Below are positions 57,509 to 64,000 of a DNA stretch of 64,000 nt, piece after piece. The DNA is from Verrucomicrobiota bacterium. GTDB taxonomy: Bacteria > Verrucomicrobiota > Verrucomicrobiia > CAIQCK01. The position numbers were made by a program, and so were the translations under genes. The notes beneath the pieces are model-generated. The model saw only the letters and a list, made by a program, of their open reading frames with translations, searched no databases and was not told the origin of the DNA. Each line of letters starts with the position of its first letter. Within the stretch, counting starts at the first letter, position 1. Location of the stretch: NCBI GenBank assembly GCA_016235595.1, contig JACRJX010000001.1, forward strand, positions 57,848 through 121,847, in the 5' to 3' direction.

Positions 57509-58315
57509 TCAGAGGCTTCGGAGCGCCCGGCGAGTGATGTATGCCGTCTCTTGCGTCGCACTCTGTTTCGACCAACGTTTGCACAGCGCCTTGACCCATC
57601 CAGGTTGCGTCTTCGCGGCGTCGTTGAGCCAGTTGGCCACGGAGTTCTGCACGTAACGTGAAGCATCGGATTTCAGCGGCTCGATGATCGGCAGACCCAG
57701 CTCCGGATTCGCTTTCAGACGGGAAATGTGTTCGCACCAGACGCCACGCGGTCGTGTTGCCTCAGACGCAAAGCGCCTTAGGTTCGCCGAGCGCTCGCTA
57801 CTCCAACCCGCCAACAACGCCACCGCCTGCTCCAGTTCCGCCGCCAGATGCGGGCGGACACTCATCCACGCGATTTCCCGCACCCCCATGTGCGAATCGT
57901 CTGCGAAAGGCCGGACCAGTTCCAGACGTCGTGCCAGCGGTAAACGCGGCAGCAAACCCACCACCACCGCTGCCCATTGCCGAACCGTGTCCGAGCGGTG
58001 CTTTCCGTAGCGGCGGATGGCTCGCTGGCCGAATTGTTCCAGCAACAGCCGCCCGCCGGTGCGAGTCCGTTCCATCACGCCTCCGGCGCGCAACTCGCCC
58101 GCGCGGCCGGCCAATTCTGGCACGGCGTGCTTCAGCAGCTCTTCAAAGTCTATCGCCAGCCATTCGGCCAGGGTGCGGGATTCGATCTCGCCACAATTGA
58201 GCTGCGCCAGGATTTGCGGCGGGACATCGGCGCGGCGACTGAAACCTTTGCGCGGAACTGCCAGACCGGATTTCTCCTTGCAGACATTCTTTGCGGAGGA
58301 GGATATCTGCGTCAT
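57509..58315 (-). CDS. DNA alkylation repair protein (AlkD/AlkC-like HEAT-repeat glycosylase family)
   Basis: Helical-repeat protein with the 'VREIAWMSVRPHL', 'LRRFASEATRPRG' and 'YVQNSVANWLNDAAK' pattern typical of the DNA_alkylation family. Confidence 0.75.
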   Translation of the reverse strand: MTQISSSAKNVCKEKSGLAVPRKGFSRRADVPPQILAQLNCGEIESRTLAEWLAIDFEELLKHAVPELAGRAGELRAGGVMERTRTGGRLLLEQFGQRAIRRYGKHRSDTVRQWAAVVVGLLPRLPLARRLELVRPFADDSHMGVREIAWMSVRPHLAAELEQAVALLAGWSSERSANLRRFASEATRPRGVWCEHISRLKANPELGLPIIEPLKSDASRYVQNSVANWLNDAAKTQPGWVKALCKRWSKQSATQETAYITRRALRSL

Positions 58316-58323
58316 AGGGAAGC

Positions 58324-60162
58324 TCAGGGCTTTCTTTCCCGAATCGCCGTCAGAATCTCCGCCACCACCTCCGCCCGCGGCTTCGAGCCGAGGTCGCCTT
58401 TGCCGTGGACGCGCACGGAGACGGCGTTCGCCGCCTGGTCGCGGCCGCCCACGATCAACATCGTGTGAGCCTTCGCCTCCTCAGCGCGCTTGATGCGACC
58501 CTGGAGCTTGTCGTTGCTGAACTCCATCGTCGCGCGCACATACTGGCCGCGCAGCTCCTTCACGATCTCCTCGCAGTAAGGAATCTGGTCCTGCGTGATC
58601 GGCAGCACGCGCACCTGCTCCGGCGCAAGCCAGAGTGGGAAGTTGCCGGCATAATGCTCGATGAGGAAGCCGACAAACCGCTCGTGCGTGCCCAACGGCG
58701 CGCGATGGATGCAAAGCGGCGTCTTGTCGCTGTTGTCCTTGTCGCGATAAACCAGCCCGAACCGGCTCGGCACGGCGAAGTCCACCTGGTTGGTCGCCAG
58801 CGTGAACTCGCGGCCGATGACGCTCCAGACCTGCACGTCAATCTTCGGCCCGTAGAACGCCGCCTCGTTCGGCACTTCCTCGTAGTTGATGCCGCTTTCT
58901 TTCAATACCCGCCGCACCATCTCCTCGGTCTTCAGCCACAGGTCGGCCTGATCCACGTATTTCTTGCCGAGACCTTCCTTCGAGTGCGTGCTGAAACGCA
59001 TGACGTATTTCTCGATGCCGAAGATCTTGAAATACTTCAGATACATCTCGTTGACCGCGTTGAACTCCTGCGCGAACTGCTCCGGCGAACAGTAAATGTG
59101 CGAGTCGTTCATGTTCAGCGAACGCACGCGCATCAGCCCGAACAGTTCGCCCGATTGCTCGTAGCGGTAGCAACAGCCGTATTCCGCCAGCCGCAACGGC
59201 ATGTCCCGGTAGCTCCGCGGCTGCGCCGAGAAGATGCGGTGATGGTGCGGGCAGTTCATCGCCTTGAGGTAGTAGCGATCCGCCGGCGCTTCCGGTGCGT
59301 TCACGCCAGGTTCTTTCAGCTCCATCGGCGGGAACATGCTCTCCGCGTAATACGGCAAGTGCCCGCTGGTCACATACATCTTCTCACGCGCGATGTGCGG
59401 CGTCTTGACACGGACGTAGCCGGCTTGAAACTCGGTCTGCTTCGCCAGCGTTTCGAGCTCTTCAATGATCGCGCCGCCGGCGGGCAGCCAAAGCGCCAAG
59501 CCGGGGCCGACGTATTCGGCGTCTAGTGCGAAGAGGCCCATCTCAGCGCCGAGCTTGCGATGGTCGCGCCGTTTGGCTTCTTCCTGCATCTTCAGCCACT
59601 CGTCGAGCTGCGTCCGGTTCTTGAACGCGACGCCGTAGATGCGCTGGAGCTGCGGGTTCTTCTCGTCGCCCTTGTAGTAGGCGCTGGCGACGCTGGTGAG
59701 CTTGAACGCGCCGATGTTGCCGGTGCGCATCACGTGCGGGCCGGCGCAAAGGTCGAGGAAATCGCCGCTCTTGTAGTAGGTGATTGCTTCGCCTTCGGGA
59801 ATACTTTGGATGTTCTCCAGCTTGAACCGGCTCGGTTCGGGCCGTTCGGTGAGCGCGCCGAGCCGTCCGGTTTTCGCGTCGCTTAACGCCTGCTCGCGCG
59901 TGACGGTGACCTTCTCGAAGACGAGGTTCTCCTTCGTGATCTTCTTCATCTCCGCCTCGATCTTCGGGAAATCGTCGGGCGTGATGCGGTGCTTGAGGTC
60001 GAGGTCGTAGTAGTAGCCGTCCTCGACCGCCGGCCCGTAGGCCAGTTGGGCGTCGGGCCAGAGTTTCAAAATCGCTGTCGCCAGCACGTGGGCGCACGAA
60101 TGCCGCAACCGCTCCGCTTCGCTCATCTGCTGCCGTTCATCCAATGTTTTTCGTTCAGCCAT
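58324..60162 (-). CDS. thrS: Threonine--tRNA ligase (no N-terminal TGS domain)
   Basis: The editing-domain 'HSCAHVLA' motif sits at residue ~21. Class II motifs are present ('FRDMPLRLAEYGCCYRYE', 'GFYGPKID'). C-terminal anticodon-binding domain. 612 aa. Confidence 0.95.
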   Translation of the reverse strand: MAERKTLDERQQMSEAERLRHSCAHVLATAILKLWPDAQLAYGPAVEDGYYYDLDLKHRITPDDFPKIEAEMKKITKENLVFEKVTVTREQALSDAKTGRLGALTERPEPSRFKLENIQSIPEGEAITYYKSGDFLDLCAGPHVMRTGNIGAFKLTSVASAYYKGDEKNPQLQRIYGVAFKNRTQLDEWLKMQEEAKRRDHRKLGAEMGLFALDAEYVGPGLALWLPAGGAIIEELETLAKQTEFQAGYVRVKTPHIAREKMYVTSGHLPYYAESMFPPMELKEPGVNAPEAPADRYYLKAMNCPHHHRIFSAQPRSYRDMPLRLAEYGCCYRYEQSGELFGLMRVRSLNMNDSHIYCSPEQFAQEFNAVNEMYLKYFKIFGIEKYVMRFSTHSKEGLGKKYVDQADLWLKTEEMVRRVLKESGINYEEVPNEAAFYGPKIDVQVWSVIGREFTLATNQVDFAVPSRFGLVYRDKDNSDKTPLCIHRAPLGTHERFVGFLIEHYAGNFPLWLAPEQVRVLPITQDQIPYCEEIVKELRGQYVRATMEFSNDKLQGRIKRAEEAKAHTMLIVGGRDQAANAVSVRVHGKGDLGSKPRAEVVAEILTAIRERKP

Positions 60163-60175
60163 AAAATCTTCTTTT

Positions 60176-60261
60176 GCCCGCTAAACACGCTAAAGGACGC
60201 TAAAGGGAACTACCAAGATTCTGTTTCCGAACTTTCGCGTCTTTTCGCGTGTTTAGCGGGC
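60176..60261 (-). other. Long structured element in the thrS 5' leader (15-bp perfect outer stem plus extended inner helices)
   Basis: gcccgctaaacacgc (60176-60190) is the exact reverse complement of 60247-60261. Inner complementary blocks (GACGC/GCGUC, AAAG/CUUU, GGAA/UUCC) extend the rod. The element ends 13 nt before the thrS AUG and starts 6 nt after the upstream cupin stop. Confidence 0.6.
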
Positions 60262-60267
60262 CATTTT

Positions 60268-60621
60268 CTAATCAAAATATTCGTCTGCTTCTTCAAACGC
60301 CGGTGTGCCGACCACGACCGTCTTGAAATCGCCATAACCGCGATGGCGCGTGCCTGCCGGAATATAGATCGTCGTGCCCGGTGTCAACTCCACCGTTTCG
60401 CCATCCAGCTCCATTTTTCCGCTGCCTTCGAGGATGTAATAAACCTCGTGGCACTTCTTGTGATAGTGCCGCTTGGAGTCAAGGATGTGCGTGATGTGGA
60501 AATTGACCACGTCCTGCCCGTCGGCCCGCGTCAGGATGCGCGTGGACTCCCCGCACGCGGAGCAGACGACTGCCTGCGTCTTGTCGCGATGGCGAACGAT
60601 CCATTTTACCTGCTTATTCAT
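60268..60621 (-). CDS. Cupin domain protein
   Basis: 'HYHKKCHEVYYILEGSGKMELDGETVELTPGTTIYIPAGTRH' is the cupin two-motif pattern. ATG at 60621 preferred over 60639. Confidence 0.8.
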   Translation of the reverse strand: MNKQVKWIVRHRDKTQAVVCSACGESTRILTRADGQDVVNFHITHILDSKRHYHKKCHEVYYILEGSGKMELDGETVELTPGTTIYIPAGTRHRGYGDFKTVVVGTPAFEEADEYFD

Positions 60622-60724
60622 GCTCAAAAGACACTCCACATCAGCGTGGATATGGCGGTTATACTACCCGCCGTCCGAACGATGACAACGTCTTTGTTTG
60701 CCCGTCGCGGCCATGACCGCTTCG

Positions 60725-60758
60725 GTAACTTGACAGTTACTTGGCACTTACCTAGCAT
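60725..60758 (+). promoter_or_regulatory. Sigma70-like promoter (TTGACA-17 nt-TAGCAT) overlapped by palindrome GTAACT-tgac-AGTTAC (candidate TetR operator)
   Basis: -35 at 60730-60735 and -10 at 60753-60758, 14 nt before the TetR ATG. The 6-bp inverted repeat at 60725-60740 spans the -35. Confidence 0.55.
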
Positions 60759-60771
60759 CGCCTGGTTGCTT

Positions 60772-61407
60772 ATGACGACAGCCCCTTCACTGTTGCGGCG
60801 TTCACGAGTGGTGACTCGGGACCCGCAGCGCGCGCAAGAACGCATTCTGACGGCGGCGATGACGGAGTTTTCCGCGAAAGGTTTTGCCGGTGCGCGCGTG
60901 GACAGCATCGCCCGCCGCGCGCGAATCAACAAGCGGATGCTCTACCACTACTTTGGCAACAAGGAGGATCTCTTCCGCGCCATCCTGCACCGCAAGCTCG
61001 CGACACGGGCCGAATGGCTGGCGAAGTCGCCGGACGATCCCTTTGAGGCGCTGTCCTACTGGTTCGATCTGGCCCGCCAAGATACGGATTGGATCCGATT
61101 GCTGCAATGGGAGGCGCTGCAAACCGGCAACGGCAGGCTGATCGACGAGGAGAAACGGCTGGCGAATATCAGGAACGGTATCGCCAACCTGCGCCGTGGC
61201 CAAGTCCGTGGATTGCTGCCGCGGGATATGGATCTGCAGCAGTTGCTGCTGGCGATCATCAGCCTCACCACGTTCCCGCTGGCGTTCCCCCAGATCACAA
61301 GACTCGTCACCGGCCTGCCGGTGGCAGACCCGGAGTTCCGCAAACGCCGCGTGGCGTTTCTACAGCAGTTGACGACGGCGTTCCGGTCGAAAGGAAGGTC
61401 CGCATGA
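60772..61407 (+). CDS. TetR/AcrR family transcriptional regulator
   Basis: HTH region 'RILTAAMTEFSAKGFAGARVDSIARRARINKRMLYHYFGNKEDLF'. Confidence 0.9.
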   Translation: MTTAPSLLRRSRVVTRDPQRAQERILTAAMTEFSAKGFAGARVDSIARRARINKRMLYHYFGNKEDLFRAILHRKLATRAEWLAKSPDDPFEALSYWFDLARQDTDWIRLLQWEALQTGNGRLIDEEKRLANIRNGIANLRRGQVRGLLPRDMDLQQLLLAIISLTTFPLAFPQITRLVTGLPVADPEFRKRRVAFLQQLTTAFRSKGRSA

Positions 61408-62564
61408 AGAGCAAAGCATGGTCGATCGCCGGCGTGGCCGCGCTCGTGACGGTCAGCGCGTCATGGGTGGGTTGTTTCGAGAAAGCGGACGCCGGGGGCA
61501 ACGCAAAGAAGGCAAGGCTCCCGGTGCCAGTGCTGGCGACCAACGCGGTGGAGAAGCCGATGGCAGTGCAGGTGCGCGCCATTGGCAACGTGGAGGCGTT
61601 CGCATCGGTGTCCGTCCGCTCGCAGGTGGATGGTCTGCTAACGGCGGAGCATTTCCGCGAAGGACAGGAGGTCAGGAAGGGCGACCGGTTGTTCACGATT
61701 GACCCGCAACCGTTCGCCGAGTCGCTCAAACAGGCCGAGGCCAATCTGGCTCGCGACAAGGCGCAGTTGGAGAATGCGCGCCTGGAAGACCGGCGCTACG
61801 AAGAACTCGGCAGGAAGGGCGTGGCGTCGCCTCAGGATGCCGACAAGGCGCGCGCGACGTTTGCGGCGTTGAGGGCGACCGTGCAGGCCGACGAGGCGGC
61901 GGTGTCCAACGCGAAGCTCAAGCTGGGTTACACCGAAATCCGATCGCCGATTGACGGACGCACCGGCGATTTGCGCAAGGACGCGGGTAACGTCATCAAG
62001 GCGCAGGATGACGAGTTGGTCGTGATCAACCAGGTTCAGCCAATCTACGTCACGTTCTCCGTTCCGGAGTATCACCTGCCGGACATCAAGCGTTTCGTAG
62101 CGGCAGGTGAGTTGAAGGTCGAGGCGGTCGTCGCCAACCACGACGAGCTGCGCGCGCAGGGCCAACTGAGTTTCGTCAATAACACGGTGGATGCTGCCAC
62201 GGGCACCATCCGGCTCAAGGCCACTTTCCCCAACACCAATAACGTTCTCTGGCCCGGCCAGTTCGTCAACGTGCGGCTCGACCTGACCACGACGCCGCGC
62301 GCAATCGTGGTGCCGTCGCAGGCTGTGCAGACGGGCCAACAAGGCGAGTTTGTGTATGTGATCAAAGCCGACCGGACGGTCGAACTGCGGCCCGTGGTGC
62401 TGGCCAGTTCGCACAATGGCGTGGCGGTGATCGAGCAGGGCCTGCGTGCCGGTGAACTGGTCGTGACCGACGGCCATCTGCGGCTGGTGCCCGGCTCAAA
62501 GGTGGACGTGAAGATCAGCATCGGTCCTGCCGCAACTGCGCCCATGGAGGTGAAAACGCCGTGA
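61404..62564 (+). CDS. Efflux RND transporter periplasmic adaptor subunit (MFP, AcrA/MexA-like)
   Basis: Lipoprotein-like N-terminus (VSASWVGC). 'VRSQVDGLL', 'GDRLFTIDP', a coiled-coil hairpin, 'YTEIRSPIDGRTG' and 'GQFVNVRL'. Its ATG overlaps the TetR TGA (ATGA). Confidence 0.9.
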   Translation: MKSKAWSIAGVAALVTVSASWVGCFEKADAGGNAKKARLPVPVLATNAVEKPMAVQVRAIGNVEAFASVSVRSQVDGLLTAEHFREGQEVRKGDRLFTIDPQPFAESLKQAEANLARDKAQLENARLEDRRYEELGRKGVASPQDADKARATFAALRATVQADEAAVSNAKLKLGYTEIRSPIDGRTGDLRKDAGNVIKAQDDELVVINQVQPIYVTFSVPEYHLPDIKRFVAAGELKVEAVVANHDELRAQGQLSFVNNTVDAATGTIRLKATFPNTNNVLWPGQFVNVRLDLTTTPRAIVVPSQAVQTGQQGEFVYVIKADRTVELRPVVLASSHNGVAVIEQGLRAGELVVTDGHLRLVPGSKVDVKISIGPAATAPMEVKTP

Positions 62565-64000
62565 GCATTCCCGAACTGTTCATCCGCCGTCCGGTGATGA
62601 CCACGCTGGTCATGTCGGCGATTTTGCTTTTCGGCATCATGTCGTTCCGGAAGCTGTCGGTCAGTGACCTGCCCAATGTGGATTTCCCGACCATCATGGT
62701 GTCGGCCAACGTGCCGGGCGCCAGTCCGGAAACGATGGCCTCGGCGGTGGCGACGCCGCTGGAAAAACAATTTTCCACCATCGCCGGCGTGGACAACATG
62801 ACCTCGGTGAGCGCGATGGGCATCTCGCAGATCACCATTCAGTTCGCGCTGAGCCGGACCATTGACGCCGCCGGCCAGGACGTGCAGGCGGCCATCTCGC
62901 GCGCGATGTCCCAACTGCCTCCCGAGATGCCGACGCCGCCGACTTACAGAAAGGTCAACCCCGCCGACCAGCCGGTCCTCTACCTCGCCCTGACCTCGCC
63001 AACGCTACCGCTCTCGACGGTGGACGAATACGCCCAGACGCTGATGGCGGAGCGCATTTCGATGGTGGACGGCGTTGCACAAGTGCAGGTGCTCGGCGCG
63101 CAGAAATTCGCTGTCCGCGTGCAGGTGGATCCCAACGCGCTGGCGACGCGCGGCATCGGGATTGACGAGGTGCAAAAGGCGATTGCCGAGGCCAACGTGA
63201 ACATCCCGACCGGCACGCTCTACGGACGGCACCAGGCGTTCACCGTGCAGGCCACCGGCATCCTCACCAAGGCGGCAGACTATCGTCCGATCATCGTCGC
63301 CTATCGCAACGGCGCGCCCGTTCGGCTGGAGCAGATCGCCCGGGTGATTGACAGCACGCAGAGCGACAAGGTCGCCAGTTGGTTCAACGGCGTGCGCGGC
63401 ATCATCCTGGCCATCCAGCGCCAGCCGGGCTACAACACCGTGCAGATGGTGGACGACATCCGGAAGCTGTTGCCGCAGTTCCGCGCGCAGGTGCCGGCCT
63501 CGATCGAGTTCGAAACGCTTTACGACCGCTCCAAGTCCATCCGCGAGTCGGTGAGCGACGTGGAGTTCACACTGGTGTTGACCGCGTGTCTGGTGGTGCT
63601 TGTCATCTTCCTGTTCCTGCGCAACGTCTCGGCCACGATCATTCCCAGCCTCGCGGTGCCCATGTCGGTCATCGGCACGTTCGCGGTGATGTATCTATGC
63701 GACTACAGCGTGGACAACCTCTCGTTGATGGCGCTGACGCTATCGGTGGGCTTCGTCGTGGATGACGCCATCGTCATGCTGGAGAACATCGTCCGCCACA
63801 TGGAGCAGGGGGAGGACCCCTTCACCGCCGCGCTGAAAGGCTCGAAGCAAGTCGGCTTTACCATTATTTCCATGACGCTGTCGCTGGCGGCGGTGTTCAT
63901 CCCGATTCTCTTCATGCCGGGCGTGCTGGGCCGGCTGCTGCATGAGTTTGCCGTCACCATTGGCGCGGCAGTGTTGGTGTCGGGCTTCGTGTCGCTGACG
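62561..64000 (+). CDS. Efflux RND transporter permease subunit (AcrB/MdtB-like), 3' end outside window
   Basis: GTG at 62561 overlaps the MFP stop (GTGA). Translation gives 'SIPELFIRRPVMTTLVMSAILLFGIMSFRKLSVSDLPNVDFPTI' and later 'SLMALTLSVGFVVDDAIVMLENIVRH'. The frame is open to nt 64000. It is absent from the ORF track because no stop lies in the window. Confidence 0.9.
   Translation, partial: MSIPELFIRRPVMTTLVMSAILLFGIMSFRKLSVSDLPNVDFPTIMVSANVPGASPETMASAVATPLEKQFSTIAGVDNMTSVSAMGISQITIQFALSRTIDAAGQDVQAAISRAMSQLPPEMPTPPTYRKVNPADQPVLYLALTSPTLPLSTVDEYAQTLMAERISMVDGVAQVQVLGAQKFAVRVQVDPNALATRGIGIDEVQKAIAEANVNIPTGTLYGRHQAFTVQATGILTKAADYRPIIVAYRNGAPVRLEQIARVIDSTQSDKVASWFNGVRGIILAIQRQPGYNTVQMVDDIRKLLPQFRAQVPASIEFETLYDRSKSIRESVSDVEFTLVLTACLVVLVIFLFLRNVSATIIPSLAVPMSVIGTFAVMYLCDYSVDNLSLMALTLSVGFVVDDAIVMLENIVRHMEQGEDPFTAALKGSKQVGFTIISMTLSLAAVFIPILFMPGVLGRLLHEFAVTIGAAVLVSGFVSLT

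Noticed and set aside
57315-57737. The 140-aa track ORF, considered as an independent gene.
   Set aside because: Only its C-terminal ~60 codons are meaningful, being homologous to the ThrRS C-terminus. The N-terminal part overlaps the AlkD-like gene out of frame and has no features. It is treated as a thrS 3' remnant.
60742-60756. Sigma54-like element TGGCAC-N5-TAGC upstream of the TetR gene.
   Set aside because: The downstream element is TAGC, not the conserved TTGC. It coincides with the spacer and -10 of a better sigma70-type promoter. No enhancer-binding protein is nearby.

Overview
This is a 64-kb, high-GC, densely coding stretch of bacterial chromosome. Sampled lines are about 60-75% GC. 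I call about 47 protein genes. I recognised no rRNA, tRNA, CRISPR array, transposase, integrase or phage genes. The gene content suggests a PVC-superphylum (Verrucomicrobiota/Planctomycetota-like) genome: many secreted glycoside hydrolases and esterases, a DUF1080 protein, an FGE-domain protein, three giant secreted proteins and a TatT-type TRAP transporter. That assignment is inference only and needs a database search. Most long ORFs in the six-frame track are antisense or out-of-frame GC artefacts. Main blocks, in order: DAHP synthase/chorismate mutase 3' end; a carbohydrate-active cluster (GH5, putative beta-propeller hydrolase, two esterases, DUF1080); NCS2 purine permease; ECF sigma/anti-sigma divergent from a secreted serpin; orphan PAS histidine kinase and an SDR; a 1239-aa secreted putative glycosidase; TatT/DctP/DctQM TRAP transporter; Mut7-C RNase-domain protein; a 1165-aa protein with two CxxC-less thioredoxin-like domains and three near-identical internal repeats, start/stop-overlapped with an isopropylmalate/tartrate dehydrogenase-family gene downstream of a carbamoyltransferase; FGE-domain protein and TauE; a 1155-aa secreted protein plus a ModF-like double ABC ATPase; a lipoate ligase-like gene; a ~1.7-kb low-GC islet with DUF218 and two unknown small genes; M42 peptidase; pckA; sugar-phosphate isomerase; fused membrane/spermidine-synthase-like protein; GH116; qNOR nitric oxide reductase; a cupin/secreted-protein operon behind a canonical FNR box; a REC-PP2C / REC-PAS-GAF-kinase / REC signalling cluster; an AlkD-like gene bracketed by a duplicated thrS 3' end; thrS with a long structured leader; and a TetR-MFP-RND efflux operon truncated at the window end. 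No single locus maps cleanly onto a known or obviously new multi-gene 'system'. The best second-look candidates are the thrS 3'-end duplication, the pseudo-thioredoxin repeat giant, the NapH-like / Cys-rich LTXXQ pair, the FNR-box-linked NO locus and the low-GC islet.
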